From positions 82,274,001 to 82,338,000 of the forward strand of contig OX597823.1 in assembly GCA_951406725.2 (NCBI GenBank): 64,000 nt of DNA, in the 5' to 3' direction. The translations under genes and the position numbers were made by a program. Source of the stretch: Octopus vulgaris. Taxonomy: Eukaryota. Positions 13,011-27,505 of the stretch are shown here, one piece after another. The notes below the pieces were generated by a model. That model was not told the origin of the DNA, did not search any database, and was given only the letters and a program-made list of their open reading frames with translations. Positions within the stretch are counted from its first letter, which is position 1. Every line of letters begins with the position of its first letter.

Positions 13011-13326
13011 ATAATTGCTTAAGAGACAGATATAACCTTTAAGAGGATGGTCTAATATATAGTTTTGCCCCATCATTTTCGACACGCAGCAATTTACAAA
13101 TTAATGACCTTAGCTATTTGCCTAACACCAAAGTATAATAATTTTCTGTTCAATAGAAAATATGATGTATTTGCGAATAGAAATTTATCAATAGTTTCAT
13201 TAAGAATTTTGAAGCAAAAATAATATTCATAATAATTTGATGATACAGAAATACTTGCTACTTGTATGTGTTCTGAGGTGGAAATTTCTCCTTAACTGAA
13301 AATAAGAAATAGAGAAGTATGTTAGG

Positions 13327-13380
<54 letters not shown>

Positions 13381-14226
13381 GTATATATACCTGTATATAT
13401 AATATACATTTGAGTTCCTGGGAATGTAAGTATCTTGTTTTAGGTGTGAAGAAATTGAAATAATTTCTGGATACACTGTATTTAAATTAACTAATGATGT
13501 AAAACAATTCTCATTTTGGGCTGTAAAAGTAGAGTTAAGAATGAAGATTATAGCGTGTATGCTGAAAGAATGTGGATGTGCGAATGTTCTTAGTAAATAT
13601 CTACATGTTGATCAAATCTTTCATGTGATGGTATTTCGGTAGATATCTATTTAAATGACAGCATTTACTCACGGTCTCTTATAAGTCAATTAAAAGGTCA
13701 ACAGAATTGTAAAATCTGAAGATATTCGTTTAATTTCGCTACGCTTTACATCTTTCGCGAACCTTCTACTGTATGTCGAATGTTCAGATGTAATCAGACA
13801 GTTGAGTTACGTCTCTCTTTGATGCATAGTTCACATATCGCTACTTGAAGTCACCTTAGAGCATATTGACATACTATTTATGCACAATGCTTACTCTGAT
13901 AGAAGTAACCAGTATTTTATAGATGATACATTTTGTGATGCATGACTAACGAAGTGTCTACGCCTTTGTCTTTATGCATTTGTAATTGTTTTAGCTGAAT
14001 TACCACTAAGTTAATTAATATAGGTCGTTCAGCTGTAGCTTACTTTCAAGTTGTTTGAATAATTTCATACAGAAATAGAACATGCATATGTGGATCAAGC
14101 ACAGCGGAAGAGATACTCATACGCATGTACATCGACATATCTAACAATTAATTTCCATGCCAGATTAGAGATTAGAAAATTACTATTTCTAAATCTCACA
14201 ACGAGAGATATTCAGCAACAGTACTT

Positions 14227-14590
14227 TGGAGTAAAGATTATTTGCTAACATAACATGGCACTCCTGGTTTAGGACGAATGCTGCTAAAATTTAACCCCAG
14301 GAGACATCCTCTCCAGCTGGCTATATGACACGATCTGTGTCCTTATATTTTGGAATATAGGAATCTAGCACCCCCACTCAGCTCAAAACAATATCTGTGT
14401 ATCGCGATTTCCGAATACACAGATATTGTTTTGAGCTGAGTGGGGGTGCTTGATTCCCCTGTTCGAAAATATAAGGACACAGATCGTGTTGTATAGCCAG
14501 CTGGAGAGGATGTCTCCTAGGGTTAAATTACAGCAACATTCGTCCTAAACCAGGACTGCCATGTTATGCTAGCAAATAATCTTTACTCCA
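14227..14590. repeat. 364-bp near-perfect palindrome (fold-back, MITE-like)
   Basis: Arm tggagtaaagattatttgcta...atatctgtgtat is mirrored by atacacagatat...tagcaaataatctttactcca. Arms are ~175 bp with a ~12-nt loop and scattered mismatches. Confidence 0.95.
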
Positions 14591-15507
14591 GATTAAAGAT
14601 ATTCAACAAAATGTGGCAAGTTCGATAAGTAAGAACAGAAAATTGGGTACATTATTGCTTCATATGACTGAATAAGGAAACTCGTTACAACATATATAAC
14701 TTTATTAGCATTATAAACAATTTACTGATTATCTTATCACTTCAGCTTCTCACAAACATGTATTTATAGTCAGCTCAAGTGAAATATTTTACTTCTGACT
14801 TCAATTACTAGAAAGTTTTGAATATGATTGTCAATCAGTTTTTCCTAATCCATTGTAACAAAAGACGTAATTAGAATGCTTTTCGTTTATTCTTCTAGTG
14901 GTAATATCTATTCCTACCTAAACATGGGATATTCTGTTAGATCAAACATTACTGCGGTAATTACCATGAAAGAAACTCTGATATAGGCTTTTGGTGCATA
15001 ATGCGTGCTTGTTAATATCATTAACGGGGAGATAAATTGCTCCAACCCGAGCACCGAGACCGCCAGATCACGTTATTTCGACCTTCTTTGGTCTCATCAA
15101 TGATCGACGCTCGATCACTAGAGATAGTAGTGACTCTCTTCGCTAGCGATATGAACAAGCATGCATTTTTCACCAAAGCCAATGTGAGAGCTTCTCTCAT
15201 GGTATCTACTGCAGTGAAGTTTGTTCTAACAGAACATCTGTGTTTAGATGGGAATAAATATTACCTCCCGGTGTTAATACAGCCTCTATCGCTAATATTT
15301 CTTTTACCTACGCTCTTCGACAGAAAGGAACACATAAATGAGAGAAAGAGAGAGAAAGAAAGAGAGAAAAAGAAAGAGTGAAAGAAAGAGAGAGAGTCAA
15401 CGATTATTGAAAAGGTTGCGAGACGAAACGAAAATTTTAGGAAAAATAAATAAATAAATGAGTGGAAACTTTACCGGTGTGTGTGTGTTAAATAAGGCAC
15501 TAACAGA

Positions 15508-16363
15508 GAATTTGATCAGATAAAATGCTTAAATAGTCTTGAATATTAATTCTGCCATGAAGGGAAAGCATTGGACCGGCGGATTTTCAAGATATAGCTC
15601 TCCCCACATCATCACAGATCATCCATGTTTAACAGTTGGAAGAAGGAAATCTGGGTTGAATGCTTCTTTAGGCTGTCTCCACACGTATACTCGGTCGGTG
15701 GTCGGAAATAAGGTAAAAGATGATTCGCCCGAAAAAATAACATTCTTCCATTGTTCTAGCGACCAATTCTGTAAGTTTTTCTCCACTCAAAACGCTTTGC
15801 ACATTTGTTTTTGAAAGTAGTGGATTGCATTTCTCCCGTGAAATCCGGCTTTGTGCAGCTCTCGGCGAAGAGATTTTGTGGAAACTGGGTTCTCGATGTG
15901 GTCATTAAGCTCTGCAGTAATTTTGGGAGCTATACTTTTGTGATCCTTTCTAACAATTCGTATAAGAGTCTAACGGTTCCTATCTGAAAGTTTTGGCTGT
16001 CTTCCGGAGTTTTGTTTCTACGAGGAGATTTTTCCCTCTTTCTCAAAGGCTGTGATTACTTTTGAGACAGTGCTTCTTGATACACCAAACATTTCGGCTG
16101 TTTTCGTTACGCTAGCGCCTGCCAAACGAACACTAACAATTTGGCCTCTTTGAAAGTCCGAATAATATGTCATTTTAATGAATTTTAATTACCTTTTTCC
16201 TAATGATATCTGAAAAGAAACAGCAATTTTAGCAAAATATATTAAGTAACACTAATAATAAATCAAAGAACATCAAAATTAACAAGCATTTGGCGGTTTT
16301 ATAGATATTTCAAAATTATGATACTATGATGGTAGGTGTTTCCATTATTTTGTCGAACCCTTG
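15508..16363 (-). mobile_element. Tc1-like transposon, 5' half (left TIR plus N-terminal transposase), decayed
   Basis: TA then TIR caagggttcgacaaaataatggaaacacct. ATG at 16173, followed by SDFQRGQIV..RLAGASVTKTAEMFGVSRSTVSKV and RVYVWRQPKEAF..PTVKHG. Confidence 0.9.
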
Positions 16364-17144
16364 TATATGTATGTATATGTATGTATGTATTATGTATGTA
16401 CGTATGTATGTATGTATGTATGTATGTATGTATGTATGTATGTATGTATGTATGTATGTATGTATGTATGTATAAACGTATGTACGTATGTATGTATTCA
16501 TTTATATATGTATGGATGCATGTATGTATGCACGTATGTATGCATGTATGTTTTTATGCATGAATATGTTTGTATGTATGTATGTATGTATATATGTGTG
16601 CGTGTGTGTATTTGTCTGTATGTGTAAGACAGGGTACTTAGATAGATAGGGAGGTACATAGATGGGGGCTATTTCTTGTGCAACTGTAGCATTAGAACAC
16701 ATAAAATTCGATCGAGTGGATTAAGGCCAAAAGAATGTGGCGTAAAAACGAAAAAATAAAATGTGACGTTAATAATTGTGAAAATTCAACAAGAAATAAC
16801 ATTATTGGAAACAAAAAATTTCAATAGGCGAAATTATCGAAGACTGATTAGTTAATTGATGCTTATCTAAGCACATAATTAGTTGTTGATCTGAGTTGAC
16901 AATTTAAGTACATTTTTATAAGCATATTAATTCGTTAATTTTGGAGATGATAATTTTGAAAATGAAACTCAACCTCGAAATCTAAAATGACTTCCTGTTT
17001 TAAAAAAAGAAAGCAATTATTTTTCGAACGTCGAGAGATTGCTCTATTTGAACAACAAATTTGCGGGTAAAAGCTTAAAGCTAAAACAGAAAAAAAATAT
17101 ATAATTTTTTTGGTGAACTATTCCGTGTTATTTATCATTATTTT

Positions 17145-17667
17145 TACTTGTTTCTGTCATCAGACTGCAGCCATGCTGGAGCACCACCATGAAGAATGTT
17201 ACTCGAAAGAATCGACCCCCGTTATTTATGTTTTTTTTTATAAGGGGCTGCTTAATATGCCGGACGCTTTAGAAGGACCGCTAAATTACAAGTGACGTAA
17301 ACACAGCAACATCAGTTGTCAAACGGCGATGTGGTCAAACACAGAGACAGACACATATACACAAACATACATACATACATACATACATACATACATACAT
17401 ACATACATACATACATACATACATACATACATACATACATACAGACAGACAGACAGACAGACATACATACATGCATACATACGTGTGTGTGTGTGTGTTT
17501 GTACGACGAGCTTCTTCAGTTTCCGTCTACCGAATTCAATCACAAGCCTTTGTTCGGCCCGAGACTATAGTAGCAGACTCTTGCCCAAGATGCCAGTCAT
17601 TGGGACTGAACCCGAAATCTTATAGTTGAGAAGCAAACATTTTATAACACAGCCCCAACCTGCGCCT
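17145..17667 (-). mobile_element. SINE family B with internal (TACA)n
   Basis: Head (rc) taggcgcagg..; body and tail match other copies. Confidence 0.85.
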
Positions 17668-18367
17668 ATTATTAACCTTTTTTAGTACTTTTGTTTTGTG
17701 TTTTTCCTTCATTTTTGTTTAGTTCAAGAGAAAAATGGAAAGACTATATTTGAGACACAGTGTATGGAAATCTTCATCAAATGGCTAATGTTTTATTGCG
17801 CCATTTGCAATTCTTCCACTCCCCGTTCTTCTTCTTCTCTCTCTCTTACTCCTGCCATTTCTATTATTTTCGCGCTCTCTTTCTCATTCCTCGGTCATCT
17901 CTCCCTCAGTCATCTCTCTCCTTCTTACTCACTCTCTATCTATCATCTAAAAATTGCTCAAGGCAATTGATATTTCGGCCATTTATGTCTAGCAACGTAA
18001 CAACGTAACTTCATTGAAATCAATAGCAAACCCGGCCAAAGACACGAAATTATTTATTTATGGATGCATTTTATTGGTCAGTAAAGGATAACTGTGGTAA
18101 TATGCGACAGGAAGAAGTAACATTCCAAGTTTATGAGGCCTTGAACAAAATAAGAGATGCGTATTACTATAACTACCTCTGTAAAAATATCTGGAATATT
18201 GGTAAAAGAAAAGTGGCAGAAAAATAAAATATGGTAATTACTTAATAGATTGAAATGTTTAAAGAGGAAAAACTTTGCAAGAGAAACGTTTTCTATAGTT
18301 AATACCATAAAGGAACAACCAAACATAAACTCACACACACAGATAGATAGATAGGTAGGTAGGTAGG

Positions 18368-18521
<154 letters not shown>

Positions 18522-18722
18522 TATAGATATTGATAGTAGTTACTTGGCATCTTTCAGGTGACCGACATTTGATATTCGGCTCGAAACTGGATATTATGTA
18601 TCTGCGAGCAATTTGATGTAATAATAGTAGCTTTTATACGTATACGCTTATACGTTTTAACTCTATAATTCTTGATATTCAGTGCTTTTGTCTTTTGACA
18701 TAAAATCTTGCCACCTGTTGTA

Positions 18723-18831
<109 letters not shown>

Positions 18832-18839
18832 CACACATC

Positions 18840-19030
18840 TCCATTCACTAGGCAGTACACTTGTCGAGAGAACATTGTTGCATAAGTCAATGAATGCTGC
18901 TTGAGGTGTTTCCTCTTCATACTTGACCGATTCGTTTACCAGACTGAGGTTTGTACAAGCTACTTTGCTATTTGATATCTCATTCAATACGACAAGTAGA
19001 TCAGACATCTCGAAAATTTCGATGACCACT
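18840..19030 (-). mobile_element. Possible ancient LINE ORF2 remnant (region upstream of RT)
   Basis: NESVKY...AFIDLCNNVLSTSVLPSEW resembles the E.LK...L..L.N....G..P.EW segment of LINE ORF2. Weak match. Confidence 0.3.
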
Positions 19031-19199
19031 CCGCGTGCATTGTTGTATCTAAGTCGCAGTGTGATAACTCTTTGGTTTGCGTTCCCTTAGATGATAACAA
19101 ATTTTTGTTCTATGTTTCAAGCCCATACCTCTAGCAATTGAAGGGATTTCCATTATATATATATATAGATAGATAGATATATATATATTATATATACTA

Positions 19200-19579
19200 T
19201 TTTACTGTTTTATTTGTTTCAGTCATTTGACTGTGGCCATGCTGGAGCACCACCTTTAGTAGAACAAATCGACACCAGGACTTAATCTTTGTAAGCCTAG
19301 TACTTATTCTATCGGTCTCTTTTGCCGAATCGCTAAGTTACGGGGGCGTAAACACACCAGCATCGGTTGTCAAGCGATGTTGGGGGGATAAACACAAATA
19401 CACAAACACACACACACGCACATTCTTTCAGTTTCCGTCTGACAAATCCACTCACAAGGCCTTGGTCGGCCCGAGGCTATAGTAGAAGACACTTGCCCAA
19501 GATGCCACACAGTGGAACTGAACCCGGAACCATGTGGCTGGTAAGCAAACTACTTACCACACAGCCACTCCTGCGCCTA
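19200..19579 (-). mobile_element. SINE family B, full length
   Basis: rc begins taggcgcaggagtggctgtgtggtaagtag, includes CORE-like ttgggcaagtgtcttct, and ends gactgaaacaa. Confidence 0.9.
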
Positions 19580-19589
19580 TGTATATATA

Positions 19590-20012
19590 TATTTAAGCAT
19601 TTTATCTGATCAAATTCATCCTATGGTTGAAGAACTGTTTCCGGAGGGGAAAGCAATCTTTCAGGATGATAATGCACCAATTCACACAACTAAAGCTGTT
19701 ACTACATGGCACGAGAAACATTCTAATGAAGTTGAACATCTTATCTGGCCACCACAGTCCCCAGATCTCAACATTTATGGTGCATTTGAGAAAAAAAAGT
19801 AAGGCGTAGATTTCCTCGACCATCATCACTACAAGAATTGGAGACTAGTTTAGCTGAAGAATGGACAAAAATTCCTTTGGAAACAATTCAAACTTTGTAT
19901 GAGTCCATACCTGGTAGAATTCAAGCGGTAATTACTGCCAAAAGCGGTCCCACTCCATAATTAAAATAAATTTGTTTCAAATTTTAAGGTGTTTTCATAA
20001 TTTTGTCCAACC

Positions 20013-20016
<4 letters not shown>
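19590..20016 (+). mobile_element. Tc1-like transposon, 3' half (C-terminal transposase plus right TIR)
   Basis: IFQDDNAPIHT...IWPPQSPDLNI and EEWTKIPLETIQTLYESIPGRIQAVITAK. TIR aggtgttttcataattttgtccaacccc, then (TA)n. Confidence 0.9.
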
Positions 20017-20077
<61 letters not shown>

Positions 20078-20172
20078 ATAATTCTTGGATGGTATATATA
20101 AATATTTTAATGCAATCTTAAGTGCGTTTCCACAAATCAAAATATTTCCCATAAACGAACTTAAATGATCTG

Positions 20173-20214
<42 letters not shown>

Positions 20215-20663
20215 GTGTGCGCGTGTGCGCGCGTGTGTGTGTGTATGTGTGTGTCTGTATATATATATATATATATATATATTTGTGAATTAGGTCCAAG
20301 AATGGAGGTGATGTTATTACATTTATTTCATTATTCAGATATCATGAAGACATGATTTTGTAATATGTTGTAATATTACAATATTATTTGTGGTCTTGAT
20401 GTGGCTGTATTCTCTATTGTTGAAACGTTCGCAATGAAGTAATAAATATCATACGGTCGCCTCAGGTCGTTGACTTACTGTGTCATACATACCATGACTA
20501 GTAAATTATCCCTGGAATCTGTTTGCATGGCACGATTTCCTTTAAAGAAAACTGTCACCTTCTATGCATTCTTCAAGTCGGTATTCGCAGGAGAGCTAAT
20601 AGAAGAAATCACTCGAACATTTAAATTCCCTACAATCTGTTATAAATGTATACATAATAAAGC

Positions 20664-20990
20664 GGCTAGCTAGTAGAAACGTTAGCGCGCTGGGCGAAAT
20701 TTTCAGCGGTATTTCGTCTGCCGCTACGTTCTGAGTTCAAATTCCGTCGAGGTCGACTTTGCCTTTCATTCTTTCGGGGTCAATTAAATATGTACCAGTT
20801 ACGCATTTGGGTCGATGTAATCGACTTAATCCTTTTGTCTGTCCTTGTTTGTCCTCTCTGTGTTTAGCCCCTTCTAAAGAAATAGGTATTTCATCTGTCG
20901 CTACGTTCTGAGTTCAAATTCCGCTGAGGTCAACTTTGCCTTTCACCCTATGTCCCCTCTATGTTTAGTCCCTTGTGGGCAGTAAAGAAG
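20664..20990 (+). mobile_element. SINE family A dimer
   Basis: Full unit plus a head-less second unit joined at aaagaaata|ggtatttc. Confidence 0.85.
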
Positions 20991-21318
20991 TATATAAATG
21001 TACACATAAGCTGTTACAAATGTGTGCGTGTGTGTAACTTTTTTTAACTTTTGTACAACTAAGCGATAAACTCAATGTATCTTTTCAGTTGAAGTTTTTT
21101 GACTCTTAGTACACTATGGACGGTGTTTGTATATAGTTAGAATAAACCATTATGTACCGAATTTCCTGAAAACAAAAATACTAAATGCTGTCTTACATTT
21201 GGAACCAAATATATAATAAGGTTATATAAAGAGTGTGATATTCCAATGCAGTAATACGTTATGTAGAGTCAGTTTCGTTTCCAGTGCATAAATAAATCAA
21301 TTCACTTATCGCAGTTAC

Positions 21319-21351
21319 CATTCACCACAGCTCCAAATTCGAAACCAAACA
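21319..21351 (-). other. Candidate 33-bp micro-exon
   Basis: Minus strand: long polypyrimidine tract ttttttttttatttattccAG, 33 nt, then |GTAACT. Open as (V)FGFEFGAVVN or VWFRIWSCGE(W). Confidence 0.25.
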
Positions 21352-24299
21352 CTGGAATAAATAAAAAAAAAAATAATGTACTGAAATTGCATGAAATTGA
21401 TACCGTTAGTGGCTTTTTGGAATTCACTTTCACGGCGATAGTTATTGCGTCTGAACGATGGTATATTATCATTTGTAGCACACATCTAGGGTTTCTACAA
21501 GTTGCTTTATCTCGTAAAGTAAAAACATACAATGAAAAATGTCTGTTATAATCTTATTCATCAATTTATTTAGAAGAGCTTTGGTAAAGGTAGCATGACT
21601 TTTCTGTACCAATTCATTTTTATTTTGTATCGATTTATTCTTTTTGATAGCAAAATGGTCAACACCTTATGATTATATATATGGCAAATGACAAATTTAT
21701 CATTTAGAATCTATGCTACAGTAGATATATGCTTTTTTTTCTTTGGTCATTCTACTTATTGCTCTATACTTTGTGATAAATATATTTGTTATAGTTCTAT
21801 GCGGTTCGAAAGGAAGCCTTCCAATTCATCGACTGACTGATTGTTTTCAAAACGTCAAGAGCTAGAGTTGTCGAGTCGTTGCTTTTTCGTATGGTGCAGA
21901 TTATAACGTCAATGATTTATCTTTCTACGACTTAACGGAAAACTTCCCGCTAGTGACTTCTGATAGAATTTGTTAAGCGGGGAAAGAAGCACACATACAC
22001 ACACACACACGCGTGCATACGCACACACACACACACACACACTCACACGCGCACACACAAAGATTTCCAGGAAATTTATAGTGATTTGCATCAACAAACT
22101 TCTAGTGGACTTTGAAGCGTTAGATATCTTTGTGTGCTATCAAGAGAAGGATTTATGTAAATTTACTAACTTTACTAAGTATTTATAGATGAACCAAACT
22201 TCCCTCAAAATCACATCCTACAATCTTAAGAACGGGTAGACATAGTGGATAATGTAATCCTACATAAATAATATCTAAAAATAAGTTGCCATTCAGTTCT
22301 GGCCTAGAGTTAAGTGAGAAAGATAAAACAGTAAAACAAATAAAACCTATATCTATAGTTAGATGGATTTGACTACGAAACGTTAAATACATTTGCCAGG
22401 ACACTGCCTATTGGTCAGTGAAGCCCTACAACAAAATTGTTATACTGGAATAAAGGATGATTTGAGTTACAGCAGAGGGATAAGTAAAGGAAGGTGTGCT
22501 ATTCTGATACAATTTGTGATTTTAATGAAGTATTTCAGACAGAAGACCCTTAGCGACTTAGGAAGCTTAGTGTGCCGACAGCTCACTCCTAAAGTTTAGT
22601 GTTTATAATTCTAAATGTATTTATGATGTAGTACCTTTAACAACTGAGATGATGTACAATCTGTCAATCTGTGTAATGAAAAATAATGAGGAAGCCTCTA
22701 CAGGATCCCTCGGCTTGGTGGAAATGTCAGCCGAATTGTATTCTTAATTCGTTAAAAATGGAAGGACATTAGATTATATAGTTCAAGATTCAATACATGT
22801 TAAAGAAAGTCTAATCATGGTGGGAACTCAATTCATTATAGGTCTGCTTCATCAGCGTTGTCCTGGTACTATACAACAATAACAATAATAATAGTTCCAA
22901 ATTTTGGCATATGGTCAGTTATTTTAGGGGTGGTGGCTATCCGATTATATCGACCCCGGAGCTCCTATGTTGAAAGGCGAAGTTGACCATTGCAGAATTT
23001 GAGATCAGGACTTAAAGAGACAGACGAGATGCTGCTGAGGATTTTATCGAACGTGCTAATGGTTCTGCCAGTTTACCACATTGACAATGACCCTTCTACA
23101 ATTGTAATAAGGCCTGAAAAGTTGTGGGGCGGGGCTAGCGGATTCCATCGGACACAATGCTCAACTGATACTTGTTTTATTGATCCTAAAACGAAAAAAA
23201 AAACAAAGACGTCCTCTGCGGAATTTGAACTTAGAACGTAAAGGCAGACGAAATGCCGTTGAGCATGTTGTCCGGCGTGCCTACGATCCAGCGAGATGAC
23301 CGCATTATCATTCACAAAAGTAACAACAGCAAAGCTAAAATCAGTATATGTGAAATTGTTTAGACAGTCTGAAATGGAACGAACGTTATTTTTCTAAAAG
23401 ACCAAACAGAATTTGCGATAGTAAAGAGTACTTCGAGTTCATTATAGACAGTAAATAAAACAGAACTTACTGATAACAGAACGTGTGTCCTTTATATAAT
23501 TAACTTTATGTGTGATGAGATTTTACGACTTTACACCATTTATGGCATCGAATGTATTCACGAAAGAGAAATTCTCTCATTCTTTGTTAAGGTTGTTTCT
23601 GCCATTGCAACCAAAATCATACTTGAGCATCACCCTCAAAATTCAACCAGTATTACTATTTCGGTGTTGTGCAATTTCGATATTTACTGAGGTGAAATAT
23701 TTATCCGCTGAAATACCGTTATAGTTTCCTTTTCTCAATTCTAGACGTAAACAGCTTAGGAACTAATTGTACAATCGTTGAAATATAATAGCAAACGGAG
23801 GCTATGCAATATTCGACAGAATATAATAATCAAAATAATGTAGAAATAAAATATGAATATTTCTGTTATGCAGCTGTTCTATTTGATTATGTAGTTCGAT
23901 AAACTGATGATGTATTGAAGTGAAAATAACTGCACTGGAAGTCGCTTCTGTCTTAAGCACAAATTTCAGAATATTTCTATATCATTCTTGAATACTGCCA
24001 GAAAATCATGATTTCAATTCTGGTTGGGAATCAAATTACCTCATTACATTTGATTCAGCAATGGTTACAAAGGAATTTATGGTTATCGTAATGAGCAGTA
24101 GTGCTACATCGGGAATAATGTTTCAATTTGAGAAAGACAGAGGTAACGAAAATTAGAGAACACACTGTGAAATATTATCAATGTTAGTGGCATGTAACAG
24201 ACAAGGAAATCTGAATATGGAAACGTAGTTAAGCCAGCCATTGCGGAGGTAATTTGCAACATAAATCACTACTAGCACACAAATGCATGCATATAATAC

Positions 24300-24428
24300 G
24301 TATGTATGTATGTAAAGTTGCATATATATGTATGTACAATATATACAACATATACAGCTAAGTATATATATATATATAATATGTGTGTATGCCTGTCGGC
24401 TTGTCTGTCTGTCTGTGTATATATACTA

Positions 24429-24496
<68 letters not shown>

Positions 24497-24605
24497 GTAT
24501 ATATATATATGCATATATATATGTATATAATATATATATATATATATATTATATACATATATATATATAGCATATATATATACATATATATATATGTATA
24601 TGTAT

Positions 24606-24639
<34 letters not shown>

Positions 24640-24840
24640 CATATATATATACATATGTATGTATATGTATATATATATATGCATATATATACATATATAT
24701 GTATATATATATATATATATATGTATGCATGTATTTGTATATATACACAGACAGACAGACAAGCAGACAGGCATACACACACATATTATACACACTAATC
24801 AAACGTATGTATATATATATATATATGCATATATATATAT

Positions 24841-24887
<47 letters not shown>

Positions 24888-24931
24888 CATATATATATAT
24901 GCATATATGCATATATATATACATATATACG

Positions 24932-24973
<42 letters not shown>

Positions 24974-25060
24974 CATGTATTTGTATATATACACAGACAG
25001 ACAGACAAGCAGACAGGCATACACACACACATAGTATACACACAATCAAACGTACACATT
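24300..25060. repeat. Compound (TA)n/(TACA)n array with inverted and direct duplications
   Basis: gtgtgtatgcctgtc..gtctgtgtatatatac (~24383-24427) appears reverse-complemented twice, at ~24737-24780 and ~24983-25027. Confidence 0.8.
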
Positions 25061-25335
25061 TTTATATCTATGAATATAGATTCTTAAGGAACATTTCTTG
25101 ACACGGTAACAGTATTAATGAAATTAAAAAAAAAGAAAAAATCATTACTTATATGTAAAAAAAAGTCTTTAAGAACACAGATGGACATGGATCTGATGGA
25201 AGGAAAATTTTGTGTGTGCTTTTTTTGAAGTTTTTGAAACATGCATATAACAAGTTTATTTGAAAAGCTGAAAAGAGCGTAATACAAAAAGAAAAAAACA
25301 CCAAAAGAACATCCTTGCATCTGACAAATCTTTCA

Positions 25336-25846
25336 TAGGCGCAGGAGTGGCTGTGTGGTAAGTAGTTTGCTTACCAGCCACATGTTTCCGGGTTCAGTAC
25401 CACTGTGTGGCACCTTGGGCAAGTGCCCTCTGTTATACCCTCGAGCCGACCAAAGCCTTGTGAGTGGATTTGGTAGACAGAAACTGAAAGAAGCTCGTCG
25501 TTTTAAAATCCATCCAAGACTTGGCCCTCATGCTACCCGCCCACTACAAAAATCGAACTCAGTACACATAGCAACATTACGTCACAATTACTTAACCTCA
25601 ACCGTTCCAGCTTTCATTAATACCATACCAAAATACGCCAAAACGAAAACAGACCCCATAAAATTCAAAAGATCACTGGACAAATTTCTTAAAAAAACCC
25701 TTGACCAACCTCCTACACCCGGATATGTCTCCAACAATAATAATTCTTTGCTAGAGTGGGCCATGGTACCCATATATGACTAAAAGACTTCACCAGGTGG
25801 TGCTATTAAGTCTATACTGGCCGAACCCTATCAAAGTTATCAAAGT

Positions 25847-25883
<37 letters not shown>

Positions 25884-26030
25884 CTGTCTGTCCCCCTACC
25901 ATCGCTAGACAACTGATGTTGGTGTGTTTACGTCCACGTAACTTCGTGGTTTGACAGAAAGACTAATAGATTAAGTACAAGGCTTACAAAAATAAGTCCT
26001 GGGGTTGACTTGTTCGACTAAACAAATAAA
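25336..26030 (+). mobile_element. SINE family B split by a CR1-type insertion
   Basis: Head taggcgcaggagtggctgtgtggtaag at 25336. The body resumes after 25850. Confidence 0.85.
25501..25849 (+). mobile_element. 5'-truncated CR1/L2-group LINE 3' end
   Basis: PAFINTIPK...FKRSLDKFLKKTLDQPPTPGY....NSLLEW is a typical CR1-group ORF2 C-terminus. Short 3' UTR ending in (tatcaaagt)2. Confidence 0.75.
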
Positions 26031-26195
26031 AGAATATCATTAAAATGTTTTAACCTATGAAAATGCTCAAAGAGACACATGCAAATCGTCAGTAAGAAGG
26101 CCATTCACTGTGTTTTGTTATAGAGAAAAACTTTCGTTGTTGAGACAAATGGTGTAAGTACAAAGCCCCAAGCATATTTGAACAGGAAATAACCT

Positions 26196-26251
<56 letters not shown>

Positions 26252-26441
26252 TTATAATTTAGGGTATCTAAGAGATAGCAGCCAAAACTCGACTCTAAAA
26301 CCACATTAAATGTTCATACAGCACCCTAAATTATAATTTCAATAATAATTATTACCTTTGAAGGTTTTTATTCCCATGCTGGCTACTTGATAAGATTGAT
26401 ATTTAAATTATCGATCTTATCCTTATTTATATAAATTTATG

Positions 26442-26479
<38 letters not shown>

Positions 26480-26634
26480 CATATATGTGTGTGTATGTGT
26501 GTTCGGTACATTAGCATACCCGCAAAAATTGAAAAGAATGAAAGAATACACACACACACATATATATGTAGAATATTTATATATAAACATGCATATATTT
26601 AAATACGTATATAATACATATCTCTATCTAACTC

Positions 26635-26706
<72 letters not shown>

Positions 26707-26855
26707 GTTTTTAGATGTATTATATAGTAGACTTTCGTTAGCATGTGAGCCAGAGGGAAGAAAATTTGTACTACTATGAGAACAAACTCTACAAAGGCAA
26801 CAACTTCCTCCCTTAGTTGATAGTTTATCAAAAGAGTTAGTTGTATGTCGGTGTG

Positions 26856-27250
26856 CTGGCAGAAACGTTAGCACGTCGGGCGAAATGCTTAGCAGTATTT
26901 CGTCTGCCGCTACGTTCTGAGTTCAAATTCCGCCGAGGTCGACTTTGTCTTTCATCTTTTCGGGATTGATTAAATAAGTACCATTTACGCACTGGGGTCG
27001 ATATAATCGACTTAATCCTTTTATCTGTCCTTGTTTGTCCTCTCTGTGTTTAGCCCCTTGTAGGTAGTAAAGAAATAGGTATTTCGTCTGCTGCTACGTT
27101 CTGAGTTCAAATTCCGCCGAGGTCGACCTTGCTTTTCATCCTTTCGGAGTCGATTAAATAAGTACCAGTTACGCACTGGGATCAATGTTATCGACTTAAC
27201 CCCCTTGTTTGTCCCCTCTATGTTTAGTCCCGTGTGGGCAATAAAGAAAT
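26856..27250 (+). mobile_element. SINE family A dimer
   Basis: Two units joined at gtagtaaagaaata|ggtatttcgtctg. Confidence 0.88.
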
Positions 27251-27254
27251 AAAG

Positions 27255-27465
27255 AAAATATTGTTTTGTTTTCTGGAGAAGTGGAGAAAGTGGACGTTTC
27301 GGGTGAATGCCTTTTGATGGCGAATGTTGAACTGGCGGAAGAGGAAAATATAAGTGACTAGAATTCGTGGTAATTAGACTGAAACTGGATGAGGAAGTAA
27401 GCGCGGTTGATAACATATGTGAAATAAGGTGAGTGGGTGCGGAATGTGAGAGAAGAGAAAAAAGA

Positions 27466-27505
<40 letters not shown>

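Noticed and set aside
25355-25783. 142-aa ORF as a novel chimeric gene
   Set aside because: Chance in-frame fusion of a SINE B head (GTG start) with a CR1 ORF2 tail.
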